The notes: generated by a model from the sequence alone, not told the origin. A DNA stretch of 42,630 nt from an uncultured Nitrososphaerales archaeon (GCA_963709405.1 CAVPXM010000044.1:1-42630); one strand, 5' to 3'; positions 10,998 through 22,570 are shown, counted from the stretch's first letter. Numbers and translations: made by a program.

Positions 10998-11086
10998 CAT
11001 TCTCTAAAATGGGATATATGATTTATAGAACAATGCCTCGGTATAATGATATAGATTTGCATGTCTATCATGAGGCGTGCCAAATA
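10998..11086 (+). repeat. GGCGCGCC-core element, copy C (variant GGCGTGCC)
   Basis: CATTCTCTAAAATG...ATGTCTATCATGAGGCGTGCCAA aligns to copy A. Confidence 0.8.
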
Positions 11087-11204
11087 AAATTTCCTATAGT
11101 TAAAAATTATTCAGAAATGTCTAGACAACAAATTCGAGATTTCAGTCATCTCAACCATTATCTTCCCATCGTATCCAAGTTTGCGAAGCGCAGGCGCGAC
11201 GCGA

Positions 11205-11630
11205 GTACCTATTAGTATTGTCTTATTGCAGAGGCTCAGCGGTTTTAGAAGATGGCTCATAGATGAAAAGATAGAACAACGTAGACAGCTGAATAGTAAA
11301 ACGCGGCGCGCCCAGACGATCGATTCGACTACGATCTGGTGGATCGAAAAACTACTCCAAACTCCAATAGATGAGTACAGGAAATTTACAGTGTAGCGTA
11401 TTCTAGTTCCATATCTTATTAATATTAGGAAATATTCGCCTGAAGGGACTTATGGTGCAATAAAGAACTGGTTAGATAAATGCAATCAGTTATGGCGATT
11501 GGAGTATAATCCTAATTATTTGATCAAGTACAATATTGAGTCAGCAAAGAGGAATGGATATCTGCCTATAAGTTTGGAGAAGTTAAAGATAGAAAACTCA
11601 GATTTGTACAATCTGTTGATTGAATCTTAG
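11205..11630 (+). pseudogene. Primase C-terminal/PriX-like domain, 5'-truncated, in-frame TAG at 11394
   Basis: FRRWLIDEK..WWIEKLLQTPIDEYRKFTV*RILVPYLINIRK..IKNWLDKC..KRNGYLPISLEKLKIEN, resembling archaeal PriX (WIEK..RK..YL.N.K). Confidence 0.8.
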
Positions 11631-11699
11631 GCGGGTAGACGAACTCATATTCATATCCCAATCAGATTGAGTTGGATCTGTGAAATTGGTATAAATTAT

Positions 11700-11852
11700 A
11701 TCCGAAAGGTGTTCTCTAATACAGATGTGGAGTATATCAGATTTTAAACATTCTCTAAAACGACATATCGTCTGTATAGACTGACGGAGATATACCAAGA
11801 TATATTATTGATTAAATAAGATTTCGGTTATTTCATGGGCGCGCGCCAAATA
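11700..11852 (+). repeat. GGCGCGCC-core element, copy D (GGCGCGCGCC), directly downstream of the PriX-like gene
   Basis: AGATGTG.AG....AGATT.TAAACATTCTCTAAAA...TGTATAGA.TGACG...GGCGCGCGCCAAAT. Confidence 0.8.
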
Positions 11853-11970
11853 ATGAACTGGATAAGCATAAGCATATTATATTATAGCATCAAGGTAAAG
11901 TTGTACAAAGAATTCATGAGTTTGCGAATTTTAAACATAAATTAATTACACCACTGGAATATAACCGGTC

Positions 11971-13248
11971 TTAATTTTGACTAAGACCCGCGGTTGTATG
12001 AATTCGGCCCTCATTTTTCGCAGCCAGATTCTCTGCTCCTGTTAGATGTAGTAATACAAAACCAAGGCTGCTCATATCAGCATCAGTAAAGTCACAACTA
12101 CACAAAGCTACAATACCTATTTGTTTGGAAGGGATAAAGCCTACAAAAGCATTCCAACCATTGATTGCTCCAGTATGAGTGATAATCTCCGTTCCAAAAT
12201 TGGTAAGTACACGCCATCCTAATCCTCTGTATTCGCTATACTTCATTGGATTTACGATTATGGATGAATGTCGTATTAATTGCTGCAATTGGATTGCGTC
12301 TTCTAGTTTAGTATGAATCAAACCCAAGTTAGCAGATACATATTTTAACATATCAGGAGCAGTTGAACGAAATGCTCCAGAATCCGCTAATACAGTAGGT
12401 ATTGTTGGAGTGGTGATTTCTTTTCCACCCCTATGACCAACTGGAAATCTATTATTGATTTCATCATGTGAAAGAGTAATTTTAGTATTATTCATTCCTA
12501 GCACGTCTAGAATTCTATCTTTAACTAACTGTGCATATGGAATACTACCTGCCTTTAAGGATAATATATGTCCGAGTAATCCAATGCCAAAACTTGAATA
12601 TTGAACGTATGAACCTGGCTCCCTTGTTAGTTTAGTATTTGACAATGCTTGATACAATTGGCTCACATTGTAATTCGGGTTAACCTGTCCAACATTATTG
12701 TTTAACCAGACATTAGGAGGCCATTCTGGAAGTCCGGAAGTATGTGTTGCCAAATCTTCGAGTGTTATCTTCATTGCATTGAACCGAGGTACCTTCACGC
12801 TAGCAGGTAGATATTTTTCAATAGGATCGCTTAAATTGACTATTCCTTGCTTTACCATGTCAGCTAATAGTAGTGTGGTGAATGTCTTAGTTATAGAGCC
12901 GATATCAAACAATGTGTCTTCATTTACAGGCACGTTATGCGCTTTTGACATGTTTCCAAAGCTGAATATGCGAGTGCCATTAGGATCGACAAAGCCCACA
13001 ACGATTGCTCCCTTAGATTTATTGACTATTTGATTAAGAATGAAACTCTTGACTTGGGGTGGAATCTCCTTAATTATGGAAGAATTTGTAGTAACAGTAG
13101 AAGAAGAAGAATAAGCAAAAGCCCCGTAAAAAGTTATTGAAATTGCCGTGAATGATCCTGTGAATAAGAGTAACACAAGGCATATAGAGAGGAATGCGCC
13201 CACACCATGGCCATATGTGATCTTGGCAAGAAATTTCCTGCTAATCAA
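11971..13248 (-). CDS. Secreted serine hydrolase, class C beta-lactamase/AmpC family
   Basis: FDIGSITK (SxxK), LATHTSGL, YSS, HTG; signal region. Confidence 0.92.
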   Translation of the reverse strand: MISRKFLAKITYGHGVGAFLSICLVLLLFTGSFTAISITFYGAFAYSSSSTVTTNSSIIKEIPPQVKSFILNQIVNKSKGAIVVGFVDPNGTRIFSFGNMSKAHNVPVNEDTLFDIGSITKTFTTLLLADMVKQGIVNLSDPIEKYLPASVKVPRFNAMKITLEDLATHTSGLPEWPPNVWLNNNVGQVNPNYNVSQLYQALSNTKLTREPGSYVQYSSFGIGLLGHILSLKAGSIPYAQLVKDRILDVLGMNNTKITLSHDEINNRFPVGHRGGKEITTPTIPTVLADSGAFRSTAPDMLKYVSANLGLIHTKLEDAIQLQQLIRHSSIIVNPMKYSEYRGLGWRVLTNFGTEIITHTGAINGWNAFVGFIPSKQIGIVALCSCDFTDADMSSLGFVLLHLTGAENLAAKNEGRIHTTAGLSQN

Positions 13249-13671
13249 TGACGATGTATGATACTGCTGGGTCTAATAAAGAATTCCAATGATAATTATG
13301 CAAATGGTTATCCAAAAGTTTAAAGAAGTTAAAGAGAGAAAATAATTATTTGTATTTCTGGCATGCTGCATATCGTTATTAGAACAGTTTTTTCCGATAT
13401 AACTAAACCAAATTTTACAAGAATCCAATACTCTCTGATATGCTGAAAATTGCTACATCTAGAATGATCAGGGAATTGTACCATGTTTTTGCCTGCGTTA
13501 CTATATCATGACTGCCATTATCTATAGACCTCGTCCTAAATATTTGCAATATCGATCGCTTGAATTCTTCGATTTGTGAGAAGTAACTACTTTACAATAT
13601 AAACAGTTATTCTGATTAATCATAGATAGTTTTTACTGAGCCACTCAATCATCATAGTTATAATCTCAGAG

Positions 13672-14916
13672 TTATTTAGTCGTAGAGTTCAAGACTGGCA
13701 TAGAAGTAGTAGAAATGCGCGCTGCAGCAGCAGGACTTGTAAATCCGGAATGAGCTGCAAGCCATGCATAGATATCTGCTAATACATAATGTTCAAATGG
13801 TCCGTATCCAGTGGACCACTGAGATGAAGGATAGAATACATGTCCTAGATTTGGATATGTTATCAATGTATGGTCAGGATGATTTACTTCAGTCAGTCTT
13901 TGTTGTAAGAGAAACGCTTGTTGAACTGGAGTCTGAGAATCGTTTTCTCCATTGAGTATTAGGATTCCTGTAGATTTAGAGACATTCCCAATGATACTTA
14001 AATTCGGTTCTAGATTGAATTCCGATCTAGCCCATATTACACATCCAAAAATGTTGTTGCATTTAGACAAATTGACAGCTGTGTCGTTTTCATAATTTTT
14101 AATAAATAACGGTTTGAGTTGTCTATCAATACTTACGTAACCATTTGAATTTCGGAATTCTTTTGCTAGAGTGTTAGTTATGGCTTTCGTATTGTTGGTT
14201 TGAGAAATAGAAAATGGCACTAAAATCTTAAATAACACAGGATCTTTTGCAATTTGCTGTATTGATATCAATCCAGTGTGATTTTTATCCAATACTTGTG
14301 TAGCATACGCCGAGGGTAGGTTTACATATTGAAAGTACACTATATTCCGAAAATTCTGAGCTACTATGCCCATCAGTACTATATTCTTCACCTTCGTTGA
14401 ATTGTCAATTGCAACCCTAGGAGTAATAACTGTGCCATCACTATGACCGATTATACTTATCCTTTTAGGATCTACTTCAGGCTGCAGTGTAAGAATATTC
14501 AAAGCTTTCTCTGCATCATGTATTAGATCATTGACTGTAGCATTTCCCCAAACATTTGTGTCTAAAATAGTATGATTTGCACCAATCGTACCTCTTTTGT
14601 CATATTGAAGTACTGCAAAGCCTCTTTCTGATAGATATGGAGCTATCTCTGGACTTGACGTAATTGCACCAGCCCCCTGGATAAGTAAAACTCCAGGAAA
14701 TGGACCTTTTCCAATAGCAGGATAAGTGAGCTGAGCATTGGTCTTTACTCCATTCCCTAAATCTATTACTAGATTTCTATGTTTTATGGTCTGGATGTAT
14801 TGTTGAGCTAGTGCTTGGTCTTGTTGTTTGAAAATACTAGTAGATAAATAAGATAATGCAAGTATGGCTATCAATAATAATCCCAGAGGCAACGTCATAT
14901 TTTTTGTTCTATACAA
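13672..14916 (-). CDS. Secreted alpha/beta fold hydrolase
   Basis: Signal peptide, YDKRG, GHSDG, GENDSQ, YPNLGH. Confidence 0.9.
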   Translation of the reverse strand: MYRTKNMTLPLGLLLIAILALSYLSTSIFKQQDQALAQQYIQTIKHRNLVIDLGNGVKTNAQLTYPAIGKGPFPGVLLIQGAGAITSSPEIAPYLSERGFAVLQYDKRGTIGANHTILDTNVWGNATVNDLIHDAEKALNILTLQPEVDPKRISIIGHSDGTVITPRVAIDNSTKVKNIVLMGIVAQNFRNIVYFQYVNLPSAYATQVLDKNHTGLISIQQIAKDPVLFKILVPFSISQTNNTKAITNTLAKEFRNSNGYVSIDRQLKPLFIKNYENDTAVNLSKCNNIFGCVIWARSEFNLEPNLSIIGNVSKSTGILILNGENDSQTPVQQAFLLQQRLTEVNHPDHTLITYPNLGHVFYPSSQWSTGYGPFEHYVLADIYAWLAAHSGFTSPAAAARISTTSMPVLNSTTK

Positions 14917-15114
14917 CTTGCGATACTAGTAATCTGATCGTTGTATTTGAGGTTTTATGGATAAACGTCACACAAAGGTTAGTTATATTGGATTCATTCT
15001 AAATACGTCATGGGGCAAATATTACGTTTCTGACTTGCTGAAATATTGCAAGAGATTCTTTATCGGTGAGTTCTTTTGAAAAATGTCATTGTGAATTTAT
15101 GAATTCTTATCTAT

Positions 15115-15263
15115 AATATGCGACATATGGCGCGCCTAATGATAGACATGTATAAACTCTTATCATCGTACCAAGGCGTCACTCTATACACTAGATGTCT
15201 CATTTTAGAGAATGTTTATAATCTATGATGCTGCACATCGTATTAGAAGACACATTTTCCGAT
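15115..15263 (-). repeat. GGCGCGCC-core element, copy B (inverted relative to A)
   Basis: Reverse complement matches 9890-10038, including GATGTGCAGCATCATAGATTATAAACATTCTCTAAAATGAGACATCTA. Confidence 0.92.
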
Positions 15264-15509
15264 ATTATTCCGGATCTGATGAAAAATCCGGTGTTGTCCG
15301 AGGTGTCTAAAATTACTAGTCCTCTTAACGAATACTTTGTTAAATCATTTCAAAAATTCTATAGTCCTATATAAATCTCCAATATTCACATATTGTTAAC
15401 TATTTGATGACTCTACTCTCGGTCATCAAATTTGACTCTATATTTAGGCCCAGGATAATAAAGAATAGTTACAATATAAATGAGGGTTTTATTACACTAG
15501 AACGAAAAT

Positions 15510-16463
15510 TTGGTACTAAAAGATCAAAAGGTCGCTGTTGTTACTGGTAGCTCATCAGGTATTGGACTAGAGACATGTCTACTCTTTGCACGTAATGGAA
15601 TTCGCACTTATGCGACGATGAGAGATTTGAGTAAGGCTGATTTAATTAAAAAGATTACTGAAAAGGAAGAGCTTCCCCTGAAGATCATCCATATGAACGT
15701 GAATAAAGACGATTCCGTAGTAGAGGCCTTTGAAAAAATACGTGACGAAGACAAGAGCATTGATATTTTGGTGAATAACGCTGGCTTTGGCCTATCTGGT
15801 GCCCTAGAAGATCTACTTCTTGAGGATATTAAGAAGCAATTTGAAACCAATTTCTTCGGAGCAGTTAGAACAATACAGCAAGTACTTCCTATAATGAGAA
15901 TTCAAAGAAGTGGGATTATAGTGAATATTTCCTCACTATCAGGTTATGTCGGCTTTCCAGCACAATCCGTATATGTTAGTACAAAGTTTGCATTAGAAGG
16001 ATTAAGTGAATCTTTAGCTTACGAGGTAGAACAGTACGGAATAAAAGTAGTACTCGTCGAGCCTGGCGTAATTAATACCAAATTCGTAGAGAATATTATA
16101 ATCCCAGATAATACTCTATCGATTTCGTCATCCCTGTTGGCATCTTCATCTCCTTCATCACCGACAATCAGTACTACAAATTCAGACAATACTAAATCTC
16201 AGAGAGAAATTACCAAGTATGCTGATGTAGTGGAAAGCTTTCTATCTCATTACTATCGTGCCATGAGAAATGCACCAGATCCTAAGCAAGTTGCTAGAAT
16301 AGTACTTGAGAGCATTGAGATGTCAGCAGCAGTCTACGTTAGTAAAGGAGTTAATTTCTTTAGATATCCTGTAGGTGAAGACGCAAAATTGTATTCAGAA
16401 GCAAAAAAGAAGATGAATGATTCTGAATTGCATTCCTTTGTTGCTAAAAGGACACTCTCATAA
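15510..16463 (+). CDS. SDR family oxidoreductase
   Basis: TGSSSGIG, NNAG, YVSTK. Confidence 0.92.
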   Translation: MVLKDQKVAVVTGSSSGIGLETCLLFARNGIRTYATMRDLSKADLIKKITEKEELPLKIIHMNVNKDDSVVEAFEKIRDEDKSIDILVNNAGFGLSGALEDLLLEDIKKQFETNFFGAVRTIQQVLPIMRIQRSGIIVNISSLSGYVGFPAQSVYVSTKFALEGLSESLAYEVEQYGIKVVLVEPGVINTKFVENIIIPDNTLSISSSLLASSSPSSPTISTTNSDNTKSQREITKYADVVESFLSHYYRAMRNAPDPKQVARIVLESIEMSAAVYVSKGVNFFRYPVGEDAKLYSEAKKKMNDSELHSFVAKRTLS

Positions 16464-16529
16464 CATACAAAACGAAGACTAGTTTAGAGCCTATGCGAAA
16501 AGTCCACCACCTCTTCTATACATGATCCA

Positions 16530-16815
16530 AGCACAACCCATCGTCTAGCTCTGTATTTTGGTATTCCATCTTCTTCTTTATTGTTGCTTATTTCTTCACC
16601 TCTTAATCTGATGTGAATTGTATAATCATACTCTTCTTCTAGTAATTCGTATACTTCTGGAAAGTCGTAACCCTTGTCAAGACACATGTGCTGCTTTAAT
16701 CTGATTGTTGGTTCAGGTCTATAGATGACTATGCTTTGCAATGTTGCTTTGGTCATCTTCATGTCATGCCTGTTAGCTCCATCTACACATACACCAAGTG
16801 GTACTCCTTTACTAA
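16530..16815 (-). mobile_element. IS5-family transposase fragment
   Basis: GVPL..GANRHD..LDKGYD..RARRWVV, truncated at both ends. Confidence 0.8.
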
Positions 16816-16829
16816 TCTGTACCCTGTAC

Positions 16830-17005
16830 CAGCTGGGCAGCTCATTATCCACAAGTTCTTCCACGACTACAACTGGAACAGGCCACATTCGTCGTTAAAG
16901 TACATGACACCGAAGGAGTTTTATGCTATGATAAATGGAGGTAATAATTAGATGGGTAGTAGACTATCTCTTGACAAGCTGCCCAGTTTGGAGGAGTACA
17001 CTCCC
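16830..17005 (+). mobile_element. IS3/IS481-type integrase-core C-terminal remnant with probable right end
   Basis: DYNWNRPHSSLKYMTPKEF. Confidence 0.7.
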
Positions 17006-17145
17006 GTTAAGCTCTATACACTCGTACATCCAATAACTGTTAAACAACTGATGCGTACATCTATATCTATAGTTCAGTCAGGAATTTCATGTCGGTCTAA
17101 TTATGGCAGCCATCAGAGAAATTGTGGCATCCATAGTATTATCCA

Positions 17146-18802
17146 TCACATTTGCTCCAAACTGGCTCTAAAAGAACCAGCTGATCTCTTAAGCTTATCT
17201 GATTGTCCGGGCTTTGAATCATTATCGATGACTTGTTTATCATTATCTATTTCATTAATAAATTCATCTAATAGGGTGTAAGCACCATCATTATTCTCAA
17301 AGTTATTTACTTTCAGGTAATTTCCAATTTGATCTAATTTGCTAACTAACTCATTATGTATATTAATAGTATCATTATCATCACTATAACACTTCGAATT
17401 CATAATATCATATTTTATAAGCGATATCCATGCATCAGCATTGCCTTCCTTTACTAACTGAGTTAACGTTTTCTCTGTAAGATCCGTTGTCTTTCCGGAA
17501 ACACTATTAATGTAATTAGTGTGCTCTATTCGAAGTACCTTCGCAAGCTCAAATCTGCCTTTAGTAAGATCCTTGTATTTTATACGTTCACCTGAATCTC
17601 CTCTGCTTTTTGCATATGTAGTTAAGTAGTCCTCGAATTCCTTTTGGAATTTGTGACATTCCTCACCCTTATCTAAATGGCTTAGCGCAAGACATTTCAA
17701 ATGGTTAAATAGGTCTATATAATCAGTTACCACGTTAGCCATCTTTTCATCGTGATGGGAATTTCTGTCAAAGTACGTTATATCATTTTGTCTATCTTTT
17801 ATTCCATCGTGATCTGTAGGAGGATTTGGTTGCTTTGAAGGGTGTAGATTAATAATATATACTTCCAAATCTGGAATCTTATCATCACATTTTTTAACAT
17901 ATTTCCAATAACTCTGATGGGCTTGTAAAAGTCTCTCTAAATGGCGTATTACTCAACATGCCTCCATCCCAAAATTTATGCCCATCTATTTCTCGGTAAT
18001 CGTAGAATTCAGGTACGGTATTGCTTGCCATCACATGATCTATACCGATGCCCTCATTGTAACTAATCACATTCTCATATTCCTTTTGTTTTGCGTTGTA
18101 CTTTCCATATTCAGATCGTCTGCCCCCGTCCGATCTTTCGTAACTATCAAATGTCACTGTTTCACCTTCGGCTACATCAACACTAAATATGAGTAATCGT
18201 GGTTCATTTTTATCAAAATTTGTTGCTAATGGAAAATGTGCGAAAAGCTTTAACGTATCTTGCAAAGGCTGAATGCTGTGAATATACCATTTCGTAAGGT
18301 CAGATTCATCGTCGAAGAACTTGAAAGCATAGCGCTGTTGATATGGCGAAACATACATGTTTGGGACTCCATGAAGAAGGAAGTACCTAGCTGAATAGTA
18401 TCGTCTAGATGCCTCTTTTGAAGCAGCTAAATTATTGTTGTCTGACGCCTCCTTCCATTTAGTATATCCTGGTACTTTTTCAAGATCTTCCTGAACTGGG
18501 TTTGAAGCTAACCCTCTTTTAGTATCTAACCAAAAGGATTGAAGCTTTTCTATTGCATCATCCCAACTTTTTGTTTGTAAGAATTGACTTACTAAGATGA
18601 CGGCATTGGTAGCGCCTATGGAAGTACCGGCAACTATATCGAATAACAATCTATCTTTTTTGTTCGTAAGCTCAGAATCATCTTCTCTAATTTTTTTACA
18701 TAGTGCTTTAAGTGCACCTACTTCATACGCACCGAGCGATCCGCCACCTCCAAGAACAAGAGCTCTCTGTTTAAGGTGCATTAAATCATTGTTTTTAGAC
18801 AT
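17146..18802 (-). pseudogene. Patatin-like phospholipase, +1 frameshift at ~17932
   Basis: GGGGSLG, GTSIG, DGG. Removing one base restores NTPFRELLQAHQSYW..IPDLEVYIINLHP. Confidence 0.88.
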
Positions 18803-19777
18803 CTGATCGTTCTTAATTCTTCTCTTCTCTTTAATATTTAATAATAAAATAATGGTAGTATTAATGATTCATGGTTACTTTTAACAAGACAAATTAGATC
18901 CTGTACATCTAGACCCTACTGTAGTACTTTAGATTATCTACAGCCATGCCAAAGCTATGGGGCTAGATGATCGTAAGAATGCTATGATATGGTATAACAG
19001 AGAGCGGGGAGAGAGAGGGAGAGAGAGCGTGTTCCCAGGTTAAAAAAGGTAATATAGATGGTGGATTGGTAGATTTAAAAAAAGTACTTAAAAAAAGCAT
19101 CATCATCCATTGACTGTTTCTGGCCGCTAACCTCACACCATACAATGACATATCGTTTTTACAAAATCTCATGTATGGAATTGAAAGCCAGGCCAATTAC
19201 GATAGTTGATTTGGCCTTACTCAACCTGTCACAATTGTAGTTTGCTGATACTATTGAACATTGTGCTTATTCTTTATAGAAGAAGATTCTAATCTAACAA
19301 AATGCGATTCATTTATGATTTAGATCAACAATTACAGCTATATTGTGAAACATAGTTCAATAATATCCCACGATGTGATACTATCATTAGTGATTCAACA
19401 AATTCTTTTATAACCTTAATTCTATTCTCTATATGAGATCGACTAATCACTGTTCCTATTTCAGTTGATCTTCTTAGCGTGTGACAAACACTCGCGCGCT
19501 CGTTTTAGGACTATGAGTTTATCACATCGTTAGCCTAAGGACAGGGCGAGCTTATGCCGTTACGATCTGTCCTGCTGCATGCACGCCGTTTAAAAACAGC
19601 ACTGGGACTTATGACACATGTTGTAAGCGAGCATGCAGCCACGGCGGCAGCGTCGCGCTCAGTCACAGCGAGTCTTACTTTTATGCACAAAATACTCCCC
19701 TCTTTTTTGACAATTTCCGATATTGCGATAAGAATCCGGTAAAAAATTCTTTTAACTTTTCCGTTTACTTCTAGGTT

Positions 19778-19898
19778 ATTGGCGCGCCTAATAATAAACA
19801 TGGTACACAAACTTTCTTCATTGTCTATGTATACCGCGGTGTTACTCTATACATTTAATGCTTCATTTAAGAAGAGGTTTTAATGTGATACGCTGCAC
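19778..19898 (-). repeat. GGCGCGCC-core element, copy E
   Basis: GGCGCGCCTAAT.ATA.ACATG...ACTCTATACA...GCTGCACA shared with copy B. Middle shared with copy F. Confidence 0.82.
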
Positions 19899-20329
19899 AG
19901 AAGGTACTCGCTACCTACTATGTTTCACTGGCTGGGCAGACTGACCACCTATCGACAAAGATAAGATAGATATGCAGGCAGACCTGAGTGTGATAAATTC
20001 TGGCCTTCATTTTTTCAACTCCTTTGAGCACCAAGGGCAGTATTTGAACGGCTCAAGACTGGCTAGGGGTCTGTCATACTAATTACTTCGTATATACCAA
20101 CCCGCCTTGGTGATTGAATGGTATCCATCATCCTCTAATCTATAGTATCTAAAGTCGTCATAGTCGACTCACTTCTCGAACTCACTTCAATAATATTCAG
20201 TCATATGCCCGTCTTCTTTAATTAAGAATACATTGAAATGATATGTATGGTTTGAAAAGAGATAGTAGGTAAAACTTGCATTTTCTTTCTACGATTTCAG
20301 TCTACCTATTGCTCTTGAAATAGGTCATG

Positions 20330-21373
20330 TCACAAAAGCGGGAGATCCCAACCTGGAGCTTCAATAACCGGCTTGGCAACAGGAACTCCACAATTTACGA
20401 GTAATGCTTTTGCGAGAGTATTACTATTCTGCCCAAGTGGATGATATGGTATATTTTCGCTTGTAATTCTGGAAAGCTCAGTTACAAAACAACTGTTCTT
20501 ACCACTGGCATCACTTCCTTTCAGTACAGTAACTGAAGGAGCATCAAGATTCCAGTCAGGGCCCCCATTAGCATAAATAGCATTATATCCTTCTATTGTT
20601 CCAAAATGTGGAAATGAATTAGACGGCCCACCGCGATAGATGTAATTAATTCCATTTTCATCAGTGTATATTATAAACAAGTGATATATTGGCAATGGTA
20701 TACTAACCTTAACTGCTCTCACATCTATCTTAGGCAAGTTACATTTTCCAGCTGGAGTTATATCGTCGTGGCGAGGACAAATAGTTACATCTACAAGAGC
20801 GGGAGCACTATCGATTTTTCCGTCATTTACAACCAGCTTGTAAGTCAGCTTTGTAGCAAAATCATCGTCAGCAGAGGTTAATTCTATTGGTAAGTATGGA
20901 TTACAGATAGGTACAGGACTTTCTGGTACATTTAGATTAGGATTTGCTTTGGTTAACGACCAGGAATAGCTTAATGGGTCATTATCCGGATCAGAACTAA
21001 AACACCCATCAAAGTAGATAAATTGTGTGCCAGATAAGATATTGTCCCTTGTAATTATCTTATTGTCAGCCTTAGCTGTGGGTGGGTGATTAACAGGAGA
21101 CTGGTTCCCAGGATGTACCAATATGCCTTGCGGACGAGGTGGACTTTGAGATCCTGAAATGTCAGAGTTACAATCGACACCTCTTTCAGGATGATTTGGA
21201 CATATACAAGCTACAGTATGTGGTACTGGTACGAGCTGCACCCCATCATTAGAAATTGGACATATTGCGGTTTCCTGTTGTTTTGGAATACAAGTACCAT
21301 CGTCAAGAGAGTGAGTTTCATCCTCACTACAAAGATATGGCACGCAATGGCCCATGTTGGGATTGTTTTTAGA
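20330..21373 (-). pseudogene. Secreted Cys-rich/PKD-like protein with C-terminal H..NSN domain; 3' part, interrupted by IS481
   Basis: NHPPTA..SSDPDNDPLSYSW..LVVNDG; YHLFI..RGGP..YHPLGQNSN. Confidence 0.7.
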
Positions 21374-22406
21374 TGTTGTACTTACTGACATAGGTGACAT
21401 TATAGCTTACAGACATGGGTTACACTTCTGTCGGGAAGTGAATCCATATAGAAATCAGAATAAGGTTTAATCTAATACACGAAAAAGAATGGACTGGTGA
21501 TACCATATGTAATATTTGTAAGAGATATGGTGTATCCAGAAAGACTTACTACAAGTGGAATAATAGATACAAGCAGAAAGGGATAGAAGGCCTATCAGAT
21601 AACTCCAGAAGGCCTCATAAAATCAACTACAGGAAGGTAACACCAGAAGTAGAAGAGACTATACTTGATCTACGATTAACTAAGAGATTTGGATGTAATA
21701 GGATCAAGTTTCGACTAAAAAGAAGCATTGGAATCTCATTAAGCACCCGAACTATATACAAGATACTAAAGAGACATTGTCTTAATATCCTCATGTGTAA
21801 GGCCAAAGCAAGAACTTACAAACGGTTTGTCATGAAGCATCCAAATGATATGGTGCAAGTGGATATCCTTGGCCCTTTCTATCTGAGTAATTCCAGTCAA
21901 AGGAATTACATCATTAGTTGCTTAGATGATTGTTCTAGGAAGGTAGCTAGCAAGTGGTCCGAAAGAAAGAGGTCAGTGGATGTTCTTAATGTATTAGAGG
22001 ACTGGATAATGATTAATGGTAAGCCTAAGATGATGATGCATGATAACGGTAAACAGTTTACATCCAGAATATTCAGACATTTCCTTATACATAATCAGAT
22101 AAAAGATAAGCAAATACCAAAATCATATCCGCAGTTACAGGGCAAAGTAGAAGCATATAACAAGATTGTAAAGAGTGAATTCATAGCATTAGAAGATATA
22201 CCAAACATAGATGATGGTAAACAAAGATACGACATGTTTGTTAAAGCATATAACGAAACCAGAGAACATGGAGGCATAAATGGTCGTACTCCATCGGAGA
22301 TGTTCCTACAAAGGTTAATTACATCCAGTACACATACGAGAACTAAACAGAAAAGTGTAACCCATGTAGGTAATTAGAAATGTAACCTATCCGTGCAAGT
22401 ACAACA
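21374..22406 (+). mobile_element. IS481-family insertion sequence, full length
   Basis: Imperfect ~55-bp IRs TGTTGTACTT.../...AAGTACAACA. 6-bp TSD TTTAGA at 21368-21373 and 22407-22412. Confidence 0.92.
21448..22377 (+). pseudogene. IS481 transposase (HTH + DDE), apparent frameshift just after GTG start
   Basis: CKRYGVSRKTYYKW upstream and in frame with QVD, DNGKQF, GKVE. Confidence 0.85.
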
Positions 22407-22570
22407 TTTAGATTCCAATAGACTTGACCAGATGGACAATTATGTACCTCAACTTGTTGCGCCTGTGTTATATTTAAAAAAAGATATGAAGAGGAGGAAG
22501 AATCTATAATTATTATTGTTATTATTAAGATACACGCAATCTGGAACAGTCTAAATCCCAAAATCAGCAT
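22407..22570 (-). pseudogene. Signal-peptide 5' part of the gene disrupted by IS481
   Basis: Hydrophobic leader ..AQQVEVHNCPSGQVYW on the same strand. One further 1-nt shift is needed to join 20330-21373. Confidence 0.6.

Noticed and set aside
15127-15228. Short ORF MARLMIDMYK... in element B
   Set aside because: The reading frame and peptide are not preserved in the other copies.
2495-18802. CBASS-like operon (cyclase/nucleotidyltransferase + patatin + exonuclease)
   Set aside because: The genes are kilobases apart and not co-transcribed, and none is a CD-NTase.
18999-19028. GA-rich tract as a functional repeat
   Set aside because: Simple low-complexity sequence with no supporting context.
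2009-19898. Integron cassette array with attC sites
   Set aside because: No tyrosine integrase, mixed orientations, and no RYYYAAC/GTTRRRY ends or long hairpin seen in the repeats.
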